From the NCBI GenBank assembly GCA_017467105.1, contig JAFTSU010000002.1, forward strand, positions 40,588-104,587: a stretch of DNA of 64,000 bases. The letters are read 5' to 3'. Source of the stretch: Clostridia bacterium. Its GTDB lineage: Bacteria > Bacillota > Clostridia > Oscillospirales > CAG-272. Shown piece after piece: positions 18,831-28,861 of this stretch. The notes below the pieces were generated by a model. That model did not search any database, had not been told where the DNA came from, and saw only the letters and a program-made list of their open reading frames with translations. The position numbers and the translations under genes are program-made. Position 1 is the first letter of the stretch. The number at the start of each line of letters is the position of its first letter.

Positions 18831-18945
18831 TGATGTTTTTAGCAGTTAATTGGATACGGATCATAGACCTCGTACCGTTATAACTCGTCCTATGTCCGTC
18901 ACAACCGGTTGAACGATTAGAGGAATCCTTATCAGAATTTTTCTA

Positions 18946-20163
18946 TCAGCGAATTCCGTAATTCTCTATGATGTAGTCCATATCCTTGTCACCCCTGCCG
19001 GACAGACATACAAGGATAGATCCGTGGGACATCTCCTTCGCAAGCTTGATGGCGTAAGCAACCGCGTGAGAAGACTCTATAGCGGGAATAATACCCTCAA
19101 GGCGAGACAGCGTAAAGAAGGCGTCTATCGTCTCTTCGTCACCGATAGCGTCATACTTCACTCTGCCAAGATCGTGAAGGAAGGCGTGCTCGGGCCCGGA
19201 TGACGGATAGTCAAGACCGCTTGCCACAGAGTACACGGGAGCGGGATCGCCATTCTCATCCTTCAGCATAATGCTGTTAAAGCCGTGCATAATACCCTCA
19301 GATCCATACTGAAGGCTTGCTGCGTGATCTCCAAGAGTCGCGCCGCGACCGAGAGGCTCGATACCGTAAATGTCGACGGGATCGTTTAAGAATCCGGAGA
19401 ACATTCCCATAGCGTTGGAGCCGCCGCCCACGCAGGCAACGACTGCGTCGGGAAGCTCACCCGTCATAGAAAGGAACTGCTCTCTCGCTTCTATTCCGAC
19501 AACGCTCTGGAAATCGCGGACCATCATAGGAAACGGATGAGGACCAACCACGCTACCTATACAGTAGATAGCATCCTTATACTCCTTAGAATAAGCGAGG
19601 AACGCTGCATCAACAGCCTCCTTAAGAGTCTGCAGACCCTCGGTAACCTCTATAACGTTGGCACCGAGTATCTTCATTCTGGCAACGTTTGGCGCCTGCT
19701 TTTTAATATCCACAGCACCCATATAGATATCGCACTCAAGTCCGAAGTAAGCGGCAGCAGTAGCCAGCGCAACGCCGTGCTGTCCGGCTCCAGTCTCCGC
19801 GATCACCTTCTTTTTACCCATGTATTTAGCAAGGAGAGCCTCGCCCATGCAATGATTGAGCTTGTGAGCACCGGTGTGGTTCAGATCCTCTCTCTTAACG
19901 TAGATCTGTACGTTGCCGATAGTACCGGAGAGACGCTCAAGATATGAGATAGGAGTAGGCCTGCCCTGAAACTCGCGACGTATCTTACGCAGCTCGCTTA
20001 TAAATTTTGATGATTTACAGATAGTGAAGTACGCCTCTGTGATCTCCTTCATAGCGTCGTAAAGCTCTTTTGAGATATACGCGCCTCCGTATTTTCCGTA
20101 ATAGCCCTCGCTATCGGGATAATTTTTAAGATAAGTATCAAAATCCACTCCGCCGAAATTCAT
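18946..20163 (-). CDS. trpB: Tryptophan synthase beta chain (stand-alone TrpB)
   Basis: HTGAHKLNH (PLP lysine), [10 protein letters not shown] and GGGSNAMG motifs are present. The start is moved to MNFGG (ATG 20163, RBS AAGGAG 8 nt upstream). Confidence 0.85.
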   Translation of the reverse strand: MNFGGVDFDTYLKNYPDSEGYYGKYGGAYISKELYDAMKEITEAYFTICKSSKFISELRKIRREFQGRPTPISYLERLSGTIGNVQIYVKREDLNHTGAHKLNHCMGEALLAKYMGKKKVIAETGAGQHGVALATAAAYFGLECDIYMGAVDIKKQAPNVARMKILGANVIEVTEGLQTLKEAVDAAFLAYSKEYKDAIYCIGSVVGPHPFPMMVRDFQSVVGIEAREQFLSMTGELPDAVVACVGGGSNAMGMFSGFLNDPVDIYGIEPLGRGATLGDHAASLQYGSEGIMHGFNSIMLKDENGDPAPVYSVASGLDYPSSGPEHAFLHDLGRVKYDAIGDEETIDAFFTLSRLEGIIPAIESSHAVAYAIKLAKEMSHGSILVCLSGRGDKDMDYIIENYGIR

Positions 20164-20209
20164 TTTTCTTCTCCTTTTCATTATAGCTCTCCGCATACGC
20201 GAAAGTTGT

Positions 20210-20465
20210 TATTAAAACAAAAAAAGCCCCGAGCAAAAACAGCTCGGGGCGAAATTATCGCGGTGCCACCCAAGTTCAAGGCGTAAGCCTCCTCACGCAC
20301 GAAATGCGTTGTGCAGATAACGGTTGCCCTCCGTCGAAGCCTACTTGCCAAGCTTTCGGTTCGCCCTCAAAAGTCCATTCACCAATGCTCCCGTACCGCA
20401 ATCACACCGCCTGCGGCTCTCTGAAACGTTATACGTTGGCTACTTCTCTTTATCACAGGTTATGT
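20210..20465 (-). promoter_or_regulatory. T-box riboswitch leader, tryptophan specifier (UGG)
   Basis: On the minus strand: GAA-UGG-A specifier (UGG is the complement of 20375-20377). T-box motif GGGTGGCACCGCG (20259-20273). Terminator at 20226-20250 plus a U tract. Confidence 0.85.
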
Positions 20466-20469
20466 GAAG

Positions 20470-20498
20470 ATTATACTACCTTCAAAAAAATTTGTCAA
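20470..20498 (-). promoter_or_regulatory. Sigma-A promoter of T-box leader 2
   Basis: On the minus strand: TTGACA, 17-nt spacer, TATAAT. Confidence 0.6.
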
Positions 20499-20581
20499 TA
20501 GGTTTTGAAAATTTTTTCTTCCAATTTCTAGCTTGTGGGGTCATTTTTATTTCTTTTATCATCAAAGTTAGCGAAATAGCT

Positions 20582-21160
20582 TTACACGGGTCCTCCCTTT
20601 TCGAGAAAAATAGGTCTGTACTGCATATCAGACACAGCCATTGATAAGCACTCGCCGATAAGAGACATTTCCGCCACCAATGAGTGAGGCTTGCCTATAG
20701 GGTCATCCTGACGCATAGGAACGAAATAAACGTTTTTCCGATTTATAAGCGCCGCAATGTTTTGCAAATTACGGGAGAGCGCGTCGTTTGTCGCAAGCGC
20801 TATAAGTAAGGGTCTGTCAGATCGCATATGCGCCTTAGCCGCCATTGTGACCGCGGTATCCGTTACGCCGACGGCAAGCTTTGACAGCGTATTTCCCGTG
20901 CAGGGAGATATGATCAGCGCATCCAGGGGTGTGGCGGGCCCCAATGGCTCGGCATCCTGCACCGTGTGTATTATTTTACGTCCCGTCAGTCTCTCAACTC
21001 TCTCCCGAAACTCCTTAGCGCTCTGAAAACGTGAGTCCTCGGAGTACGTTATCTCACTCATTATAGGCTGTACCTCATATCCTTCTCTGACAAGACTCTC
21101 CAGAGCGTCGCAGGAGCGCTTCAGAGTACAAAACGAACCGCAAAATGCATAACCAAGCAT
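20582..21160 (-). CDS. dpaB: Dipicolinate synthase subunit B (flavoprotein)
   Basis: 192 aa with N-terminus MLGYAFCGSFCT. It is adjacent to dpaA. Confidence 0.8.
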   Translation of the reverse strand: MLGYAFCGSFCTLKRSCDALESLVREGYEVQPIMSEITYSEDSRFQSAKEFRERVERLTGRKIIHTVQDAEPLGPATPLDALIISPCTGNTLSKLAVGVTDTAVTMAAKAHMRSDRPLLIALATNDALSRNLQNIAALINRKNVYFVPMRQDDPIGKPHSLVAEMSLIGECLSMAVSDMQYRPIFLEKGGPV

Positions 21161-21169
21161 ATTTTCCTC

Positions 21170-21898
21170 CTACAAGTGTTTTTTTATATATTCTGCGTAC
21201 AGTCTGCCGGCGCTTCTCGGATACATTCTCTCGGGCACAGAGGGCATTTTAATTACCCCTTCTATGTCTTCAAGATAATTTCCGGATGCCAGATCAATAA
21301 TTTTCAGTCCCGCGGGAATATCGGCATTTTCGGGGATAAGACGCTCCGGAGCCGTATTTATAAGCACGTCGAGATCAGACAGACTCATTTCACTGTATGC
21401 TGCGGCGTCCACGGATATTTCACATAGCGCGCGTATTACGTCCTCCCTGCCGGTGAATACCCTGACACTTCCCCCGAAAAACAGAAGCAGCCGACATAGC
21501 GCCATTCCTATTCTACCGTAGCCTATTATTCCAACTCGCAGCTCCCTCAGCCTGTATTTTCCGGAGCAAAGCAACGTACCCACAGCTCCCTCAGCCGTGA
21601 TCTGCGCGTTTTCAAGGAGAAACCCCTCGTCCAAAGCCGCATCGTAAATAACCCCACCCCGTGTATGAATTTCCCTGCATATTTCCTCGGGTATTCCATA
21701 TCCCGCAACAAGTGATGACGGCAATACGTAGCTATATATTTCAGAAAGATCTATATCCGTTCCGCTAACGCTTTTCTTATCTCTTGTTGTCGGAATGGGA
21801 AGTATTATGACCCTATCCGTAGTATTGCTCTTATGTCCCGTAAGTGCGGTCGAGCATTCCATTAAGCGCTCGCCGCCGCCAATCGTTACTATATCCAT
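21170..21898 (-). CDS. dpaA: Dipicolinate synthase subunit A (short form)
   Basis: 242 aa with Rossmann motif GIIGYGRIG, immediately upstream of dpaB. Confidence 0.7.
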   Translation of the reverse strand: MDIVTIGGGERLMECSTALTGHKSNTTDRVIILPIPTTRDKKSVSGTDIDLSEIYSYVLPSSLVAGYGIPEEICREIHTRGGVIYDAALDEGFLLENAQITAEGAVGTLLCSGKYRLRELRVGIIGYGRIGMALCRLLLFFGGSVRVFTGREDVIRALCEISVDAAAYSEMSLSDLDVLINTAPERLIPENADIPAGLKIIDLASGNYLEDIEGVIKMPSVPERMYPRSAGRLYAEYIKKHL

Positions 21899-22140
21899 AA
21901 TTATCCTTTCAAAAGGAGAACCTTCTCCGTTGACCGAGCCTCAAGCGGCTCTACGGTATTATATTCCTTTTTTTAAAAATTTGCTATCGCAGGCGCGGTG
22001 TAACCGGAGCGTTTTACAAAAAGTCAAATCTTCTTTTTGACCGTGAGTTAAAGAAAAAAAGGCATAGTAAAGCGGTGGGGATAACACTTATTAACCCTGT
22101 ATTCCGCATCTATCTATGCCTCTTTTTCCCAAGCTCCGAG

Positions 22141-22302
22141 CTATTTCTCGGTCGCCTTTTTAATTAACCCGGTCATCTCTCTGCCCTTGTCCTTGATAAA
22201 GCGCTTGGCTCTGTTAACTATATTGATCATACTCGCACCCGCCAGAGTAAATATCGCCAGCATAGCGTACGGGTGGTGCTTTCTGCCCACTGTTCTCTTC
22301 AT
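22141..22302 (-). CDS. Small (53 aa) basic protein with one hydrophobic helix, absent from the ORF track
   Basis: MKRTVGRKHHPYAMLAIFTLAGASMINIVNRAKRFIKDKGREMTGLIKKATEK. A strong RBS (AAAGGGGGA) lies 5 nt upstream. A hairpin plus T tract follows downstream. Confidence 0.45.
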   Translation of the reverse strand: MKRTVGRKHHPYAMLAIFTLAGASMINIVNRAKRFIKDKGREMTGLIKKATEK

Positions 22303-22447
22303 ACCTATCCCCCTTTCGTTAAATAACCCGATAAGGCTTTACGTTGCTAGTATGCGCAAAAGAGAGAAAATTATAATCAGATAATGCGTTTGAAGCGTTA
22401 TAACTTCAAATCTTTTTCCGTCGAGGGTCAAAATCTCTTTCTTTTGA

Positions 22448-22476
22448 TTGACAAAGAGCCGCCTTTGTAGTAAAAT
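22448..22476 (+). promoter_or_regulatory. Sigma-A promoter
   Basis: TTGACA, 17-nt spacer, TAAAAT. Confidence 0.55.
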
Positions 22477-22507
22477 ATAAAGAGAAAATATTTTTAGAGG
22501 TGAACAA

Positions 22508-24253
22508 ATGATCAAATGCCGTGAATGCGGACACACCGCAGATAAATTTCAGCTCACCTGCCCGAAATGTAACGCGGAATACTCCTTTACCAGACTTGAG
22601 ATAGAGGATGCTCTGGACGAGGCGCGCGCCTCTATGAAGAAAAGAGATTACGCATATTCCCTTGAAATATATAAGGCTCTCGCCGATATGGGCGTAACCG
22701 AGGCGGAGCGTGAATACGCGGGGCTTCTGGAGAGCGGAAGCGTTGCCCAGAGGGATCCGGACGGAGCTATGAAATACTTTTTTGCCGCAGCGAAGAAGAA
22801 CGATCCCTACTCCGCATACAGATATTCGAAGCTCGCCGCCAGAACCAGCGACAAGGCGTCAGAGTTCTGGCTGACCTATTCCGCACTGCTTGGCTGCAAG
22901 GACGCCTTTCTCTCTGCCGCGGAGCACTACGAGGATATGGCTGATGAGGAAACTGCCGGCTACTACTACGCGCTGGCCGCGGACGGCAACAGCACGGAGG
23001 CTATAGTGACCATGGCAAAGCGTTATTACAGCGGAACCGGCACCCAAAAGAACGATTCCTATGCCAAGTGGTATATGGACAAGCTAACGATACCTCCGCT
23101 CTACGCGATCAAGCTGGCTCTGAAGCTACGCGGAGTAACGGCGGTAATGCCGCCCGAGCCCGAGTTTACCTCTCGCAGCCGTGTGATACGCGCTCTCATA
23201 AGAGATGCCAAAAAATATTCCCTAGACTCCGCGCATCTCTTCCTTGCCGAGCTTCTTGCAAAGGGAGGCGGCGCAGATGCGCTCTACTCTCTCGGTGTTT
23301 TGTACGCGGAGGGAATTGCCGGCCATCAGAGGATAGAGGACGCCCTTGCTCTTCTGCGTCTGGCTGTTGAAAAGGGCAGCGCCGAGGCGGCAAAGTATCT
23401 TGGAAATATATACACCAGAGGTAAGCTTGTAGATAGAAATATCAAAGTGGCTATGGATTATTATAAGCGCTCGGCAGGACTTGGCGAGGGATCCGCATAC
23501 GAGATCATGGGCGATATGTTTGCCGAGGGTCAGGGCGTAGAGAAAAATCTCGCATACGCTATAGAGCTTTACGAGCTTGGCTTAAGAGAAGGCGACGCCG
23601 GATGCAGACTGAAGGCTACCCGTCTTCGAGAGAAGAGGGAGGAGCTTTTCCACAAGGCAAAGAGCCTTGAGAGTCAGAATCCCGAGGAGGCATTCGAGTG
23701 CTGCGCCTACTCCTGCTCTATGGGATATATCCCCGCGCACAAGGAGCTTGCCCGTATGTTCGAGCTGGGTCACGGAACGCAGAAGAATCGTAAGATGGCG
23801 CATCGCTGGTACTCCATGGCTGTAACGGGCGGTGATACCGACGCGCTATACGATCTCGGTAGATGCTATTCCCGAGGAATCGGAGTGCATTTCAATTTCG
23901 ATAAGGCAATAGAGATACTCACCAAGGCAAAGCGCTACGGAAGTCAGCAGGCAGAGCAGGAGATCCAAAGACTTCTATCCTCAAAGAAAAAGAATATGAT
24001 CCGCTCTCTCTTCTCAAACGGAGTGCAGCTGATTTACAACAAGAAGTTTGTCGATGCGTTCGAGCTTCTTTCCGCCTGCGCGGAGCTTGGATATGCGGAG
24101 GGTTCCTACGTGCTGGGTTGTATGTACGAGTTCGGTCTTGGAGTTCCGACCTCCAGAACTGCCGCGTTCGAGTGCTACAACGCAGCGTTTGACAAGGGCT
24201 TCAGAGATCCGAGGCAGGCGTATAAATTAAAAATACTTAAAATGGCGCGCTGA
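22508..24253 (+). CDS. Sel1-repeat (SLR/TPR-like) protein with N-terminal zinc ribbon
   Basis: CRECGH...CPKCN at the N-terminus. Repeated G-x-A-x-Y-x-LG-x-x-Y-x-x-G units follow. Confidence 0.75.
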   Translation: MIKCRECGHTADKFQLTCPKCNAEYSFTRLEIEDALDEARASMKKRDYAYSLEIYKALADMGVTEAEREYAGLLESGSVAQRDPDGAMKYFFAAAKKNDPYSAYRYSKLAARTSDKASEFWLTYSALLGCKDAFLSAAEHYEDMADEETAGYYYALAADGNSTEAIVTMAKRYYSGTGTQKNDSYAKWYMDKLTIPPLYAIKLALKLRGVTAVMPPEPEFTSRSRVIRALIRDAKKYSLDSAHLFLAELLAKGGGADALYSLGVLYAEGIAGHQRIEDALALLRLAVEKGSAEAAKYLGNIYTRGKLVDRNIKVAMDYYKRSAGLGEGSAYEIMGDMFAEGQGVEKNLAYAIELYELGLREGDAGCRLKATRLREKREELFHKAKSLESQNPEEAFECCAYSCSMGYIPAHKELARMFELGHGTQKNRKMAHRWYSMAVTGGDTDALYDLGRCYSRGIGVHFNFDKAIEILTKAKRYGSQQAEQEIQRLLSSKKKNMIRSLFSNGVQLIYNKKFVDAFELLSACAELGYAEGSYVLGCMYEFGLGVPTSRTAAFECYNAAFDKGFRDPRQAYKLKILKMAR

Positions 24254-24436
24254 CTAAAAGCTAAAAGACAACCCAAAAATACTTAAAACGGCGCTGACTG
24301 ACAGCTAAAATGGCGGCAGGCGCGGGACTGCTACGCGTAGCCTCGGTGAACTAACCTGCCGCCGCAATTTTGCCCATAATCCCCACTACACTTGTAAAAT
24401 GTGGAAGATTTTATAAATTTTCGGGAAAATATTTGG

Positions 24437-24465
24437 TTGACCGTCAGAGAAATAAAGCGTATAAT
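24437..24465 (+). promoter_or_regulatory. Sigma-A promoter
   Basis: TTGACC, 17-nt spacer, TATAAT. Confidence 0.5.
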
Positions 24466-24531
24466 AATTTCCGTCGGACAAAAAAACGATAATACTTTCA
24501 GACGGCAGACGCCTTATCTAAGGAGATTTGA

Positions 24532-25380
24532 ATGGAATTTTTATATCTTACAGTTACAATTTTCGCTATCGCTTTGCAGAGCGTGGTGAGAAAATCCTTT
24601 AACAGAAAGGTTCAGGACGGCGGAGTATTCATCTTCTCCTCAGTGTCGGTGCTTTCGGCTGCTCTCTTCTTCCTGTTTTCCGCAGGTCAGCCGCTCAATT
24701 TTACGGTAGAGATGATACCCTACTCTATTGGCTTCGGTCTTACATACTGCGTGGCGGTGATATTCAGCTTTCTCTCTATCCGCGAGGGTCCGCTTTCTCT
24801 TACCTCCCTCATAACATCCTTTTCACTTCTCATTCCGGCTTTGTTCGGTATATTATTCTTCAACGAGCCTATAAGTATATTTCTCTTTATAGGCCTTGCG
24901 TTTCTGATAGCCAGCCTTATACTTATTAACCTCAAGAACGAGGAATGTAAGATCACGTTAAAATGGCTTATTTTCGTTTCTATCACGTTCTTAAGCAACG
25001 GTATGTGCTCCGTCGTGCAGAACTCGTACGTAAAGCTGGGAATGGGCAATAAAAACGAATTTATGGTCATAGCGCTCGGTATAGCGTTTCTGATACTTAT
25101 CGTTCTCTCACTCTTTACGGAAAAAGAAAAATTTCCGAGCTCTCTAAAGGGCGGATGGATATATATGACTAGCTGCGGTATAGCAAACGGAGTGGCAAAT
25201 CTCTTCGTAATACTTCTGTCAGCTATAATGAGCGCATCCCTAATGTTCCCCCTCATCTCCGCCGGCGGAATAATAGTGACCTCGCTTATTTCGATATTCT
25301 ACTATAAGGAGAAACTGACTCCCACTCAGTACGTTGGTATGGTGCTCGGCATCGCGGCGACTGTGCTTTTAAATCTGTAA
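24532..25380 (+). CDS. EamA/DMT-family transporter
   Basis: 282 aa, about 10 TM segments, duplicated 5-TM architecture. Confidence 0.65.
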   Translation: MEFLYLTVTIFAIALQSVVRKSFNRKVQDGGVFIFSSVSVLSAALFFLFSAGQPLNFTVEMIPYSIGFGLTYCVAVIFSFLSIREGPLSLTSLITSFSLLIPALFGILFFNEPISIFLFIGLAFLIASLILINLKNEECKITLKWLIFVSITFLSNGMCSVVQNSYVKLGMGNKNEFMVIALGIAFLILIVLSLFTEKEKFPSSLKGGWIYMTSCGIANGVANLFVILLSAIMSASLMFPLISAGGIIVTSLISIFYYKEKLTPTQYVGMVLGIAATVLLNL

Positions 25381-25491
25381 TTAACAGCGATATTTGTGAT
25401 CTATTTGGGTTTTTGACTACAAATATTTACAATTACCTATACGGTTTACAAATATTTCTACTATTTTATTACATTTAGATTTCTCTTTTTA

Positions 25492-25560
25492 CCTGTTATA
25501 ATTAAATTAAAATATCCGTTATAATTAAATCAAATTACCCGTTATAATTAAATAAAAATC
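25492..25560 (+). repeat. Three tandem 23-bp direct repeats (core GTTATAATTAAAT)
   Basis: The core occurs at 25495-25507, 25518-25530 and 25541-25553, an exact 23-bp period. The array lies just upstream of the RBS of the DUF4091-like gene. Confidence 0.8.
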
Positions 25561-25587
25561 TGATACTTTATTATAAGAGGTGCCGAT

Positions 25588-27255
25588 ATGATAATGTACA
25601 AGATCATTTCTTCTCTCGATAAGGCGCTCCCAAACGGTAAGCTTGACGACTATAAGGTTCAGGATCATCTTTCCGTTATGCGCGGCGAAACCGCTTCATT
25701 CCAGCTTCTCTACACCAACGACGGAAACGAGGAGCTGTATCCCGCGTTTATCAAAATAAGATTATCCGGCTCTCTCGCTCCATACGCAACTCTTCGCGAG
25801 GTAGCGCCCGTTGTGGCTACGTCTATTTTGAGATGCAATATGGACGATGATTACATTATCTCCTCTCCGGCCGCCGTACCAGATATTCTTATGCCGATGA
25901 ACTACGTTGACGGCACGTACGCCTTGGCAAAGGATCTCAGAACTATCTGGATCGATATATCAGTGCCTCCGGATGTGACTCTGCCGGACGACAAATCCTT
26001 GACGGTATCACTGTACTACGCGGCTACAAAGTTCGAGGGAGAGAAGCTTATCGGCGATGCAAAGATGTCCGTCGAGATAATAGACTGCGCTCTTCCTGAG
26101 GGTACGCTGCTCTTCACCCAATGGTTCCATCACGATTGTCTATCGAACTATTACGGTGTAAAGATGTGGTCTGACGAGCATTTCTCTATCATCGAGAAAT
26201 TCGTAGCCTGCGCGGTAAAGAACGGAATAAACACTCTCCTAACTCCAATTATTACCCCACCTCTCGACAACATTTACGATACACGCAGCTTCCAGCTTGC
26301 CGAAGTAGAGCTTACGGACGGGGAATACAGCTTCAAATTTGACAGACTCGGCAGATGGATAGATATTTGCAACAAGCACTCGGTCAAATTTTTTGAGATC
26401 GGACATCTATTTACCCAGGGCGGCGCAAAATACGCGACCAAGGTGGTAGGCAAGGTAAGCGGCGAGTCCGTCCGTCTTTTCCCTGCGGATACTCCCTGCG
26501 ACGACCCGGAATACGTCAAATTCCTGCGCGCGCTCCTCACTGCACTCATCAGATATATGAAGGAGCGGGGCGAGGATAAGCGTATGATATTCCATATATC
26601 CGACGAGCCTAAAGCAGAGGATCTGGAAACCTACGGCAGAGCGCGAGCGGCCGTGTGGGATCTGATAAGCGATTACAGAGTATTCGACGCTCTATCCGAT
26701 TACAGCTTTTACGAGCAGGGGCTGGTCAGAACTCCCGTAGTGCTTATCAACAGAATCGAAAGCTTCATCGGCAAGGGAGTGGAGGACCTGTGGACCTACA
26801 CCTGTTGCGCCCCGGCGTCCGGCTATTCAAACCGATTCATTCCCATGTCGCTCTCACGAAACCGTTCCTTAAGCCTGATGCTTTATAAATACGATATCAA
26901 GGGCTTCTTGCATTGGGGCTACAATTTCTACAACAACACAGGCTCTGCGAAAAGCATCAATCCATTTATTGACTGTACCTCCGGCGGCGGATTCCCGGCA
27001 GGTGACGCCTTCTCCGTCTATCCGGGTGAGGACGGCGAACCTCTCGAATCTATGCGTCTTGTGAGCTTCAAGCAGGGACTTGACGACCTGCGCGCCTTTC
27101 GTCTTTGCGAGAAGCTATACTCAAGAGACGAGGTTATAGAAGCGCTCGAAAGCGAGATAGGCGGTGAAATAGTACCGAGCACATATATAAACGATTCGGA
27201 TAAAATGACCGCTCTGCGCGAGCGCATAAACCAAATGATCAAGGCAAAATTATAA
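25588..27255 (+). CDS. DUF4091-like (GH123-like) putative glycoside hydrolase
   Basis: 555 aa with FHISDEP and WTYTCCAP motifs. RBS AAGAGGTG lies 5 nt upstream. Confidence 0.5.
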   Translation: MIMYKIISSLDKALPNGKLDDYKVQDHLSVMRGETASFQLLYTNDGNEELYPAFIKIRLSGSLAPYATLREVAPVVATSILRCNMDDDYIISSPAAVPDILMPMNYVDGTYALAKDLRTIWIDISVPPDVTLPDDKSLTVSLYYAATKFEGEKLIGDAKMSVEIIDCALPEGTLLFTQWFHHDCLSNYYGVKMWSDEHFSIIEKFVACAVKNGINTLLTPIITPPLDNIYDTRSFQLAEVELTDGEYSFKFDRLGRWIDICNKHSVKFFEIGHLFTQGGAKYATKVVGKVSGESVRLFPADTPCDDPEYVKFLRALLTALIRYMKERGEDKRMIFHISDEPKAEDLETYGRARAAVWDLISDYRVFDALSDYSFYEQGLVRTPVVLINRIESFIGKGVEDLWTYTCCAPASGYSNRFIPMSLSRNRSLSLMLYKYDIKGFLHWGYNFYNNTGSAKSINPFIDCTSGGGFPAGDAFSVYPGEDGEPLESMRLVSFKQGLDDLRAFRLCEKLYSRDEVIEALESEIGGEIVPSTYINDSDKMTALRERINQMIKAKL

Positions 27256-27275
27256 GAAATATTAAACGCGTTTTT

Positions 27276-27320
27276 AAAAAAGGCAATATCAACCGTCAGC
27301 TCGGAAGATATTGCCTTTTC
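27276..27320 (+). terminator. Intrinsic terminator
   Basis: AGGCAATATC...GATATTGCCT stem plus a T tract. Confidence 0.65.
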
Positions 27321-27335
27321 GCCTATTTTAATAAC

Positions 27336-27350
27336 AATTATTTACATTTT
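27336..27350 (+). repeat. AATTATTTACATTTT 15-mer, exact copy
   Basis: It lies 16 nt after the terminator and overlaps the stop codon of the convergent MATE gene. Confidence 0.8.
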
Positions 27351-28749
27351 ATGCGTTTTTATCTGCTTGAGCCTGCTTATACTCTGACTCAAGCTTTTTA
27401 TACTCCGGCGATTTCCATTTGCCGCTCGCAAATATCACCGTGGCAAACGCTGCCTCCGTTATGTACGCTCCGCCCAGGGCGAGATGCACTCCGTATATTT
27501 TCATCTCCGGTGGCAAAACGGCAAAGAGAATATACGCGTAGATAACGTAGGACACGGCGTATATCAAGGTGGATATAAACATAAGCGTACCGGATCCGAC
27601 GGCTCTGAATATACCGTGGAACAGATTATTAAAAACGTTAAAGAATATAAGCGGGAAGAGAAATCTTATAGTGTTTACGCTGACGGATATGCTCTCCGCA
27701 TCCTTTATAGGATCCAAGAACAGAAGCGAAAATTTTTCCGCGAATACCATAAACAGTATAAGAGTGGCGAAGAAGACCGCCAGACCCTGAGCCACACCGA
27801 TTCTGATGCCCTCCTTTATCTTATCTATACGCCCGGCTCCCATAGCCTGACCGACCAGATTCGTATTTGCCTTACTTGAGCTCTGATATACCGCAAGTAT
27901 CAGATTTCTGGATTTATTCGCTACCGCGTAGCCTGACAGAGCGACGGATGAGCAGCTGTTCGTCAGAGGGGATACGAGCGTGGTGCAGGCGTACATCGCC
28001 ATCTGCTGAAGCATAGAGGGGCTGCCGTAGCCGACTGATACCCTGAGCGTTTCTCTGTTAAGCTTAAGTCCGCCGAGCTTGACGCCGAGCTTTTTGAAAA
28101 ATCCGGTATATATAACAAGATAAACTCCCGTGGTAACAGCGGAGGAGATAACAGTTGCCAGAACGCTGTATCCTATATCTAGCCTCATAAGAGAAAGAAA
28201 TACGTAATTCAGCAAAACGTTGATAACGCCCGTGGACACGGAAGCGGTCAGAGGTATCTTAGTCATACCCATTCCGTTTGAAATATACGTAAATCCCCAG
28301 TTAAACTGAAATACGAGATATCCGCAAACGTAGGTTCTGAAATAGATTTCCGCGTTTTCATACACGTCCTCGCCCACGTTCAGAAGGTCGAATATCTGAT
28401 GGCAAAATATATTGCATCCGAGAGAAATGATAAGCGCAAGGCTTCCCGATAACAGAAAATTTGCCTTAATAACGTTCAGCATTTTTTCATATTCGCCCCT
28501 GCCGTACAGGACAGAAACGTATATTCCTATACCCGTAAGATATCCGAAAAATACCGAGTTCAAAAGCTCAAGCAGCTCCGCCGTAACAGCCGTTGCCGCA
28601 AACGCCTCACTGCCTATAAATTTACCGATCATCATAGAGTTGATGAAGCTGTATGACTGCGACAGAAGTGACGTCAGTATAAGTGGTATGGCAAAGGTAA
28701 TATAGTTTAGCCGCATATTACCCTCGTATAGCTTTTTCTTTACGTTCAC
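27349..28749 (-). CDS. MATE-family efflux transporter
   Basis: 466 aa, 12 TM segments. GTG start with AAGGAG 7 nt upstream. Confidence 0.75.
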   Translation of the reverse strand: MNVKKKLYEGNMRLNYITFAIPLILTSLLSQSYSFINSMMIGKFIGSEAFAATAVTAELLELLNSVFFGYLTGIGIYVSVLYGRGEYEKMLNVIKANFLLSGSLALIISLGCNIFCHQIFDLLNVGEDVYENAEIYFRTYVCGYLVFQFNWGFTYISNGMGMTKIPLTASVSTGVINVLLNYVFLSLMRLDIGYSVLATVISSAVTTGVYLVIYTGFFKKLGVKLGGLKLNRETLRVSVGYGSPSMLQQMAMYACTTLVSPLTNSCSSVALSGYAVANKSRNLILAVYQSSSKANTNLVGQAMGAGRIDKIKEGIRIGVAQGLAVFFATLILFMVFAEKFSLLFLDPIKDAESISVSVNTIRFLFPLIFFNVFNNLFHGIFRAVGSGTLMFISTLIYAVSYVIYAYILFAVLPPEMKIYGVHLALGGAYITEAAFATVIFASGKWKSPEYKKLESEYKQAQADKNA

Positions 28750-28760
28750 TATAGTTCTCC

Positions 28761-28789
28761 TTGACTTTTACTTCGGACTATATTATAAT
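28761..28789 (+). promoter_or_regulatory. Sigma-A promoter
   Basis: TTGACT, 17-nt spacer, TATAAT. Confidence 0.55.
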
Positions 28790-28861
28790 GTTAGCAACGA
28801 AAAAAAGCAAGAATTGCGAATTTTTTTCAAAATAATCAAATTTAATCAAGTGAGGCTCGGT

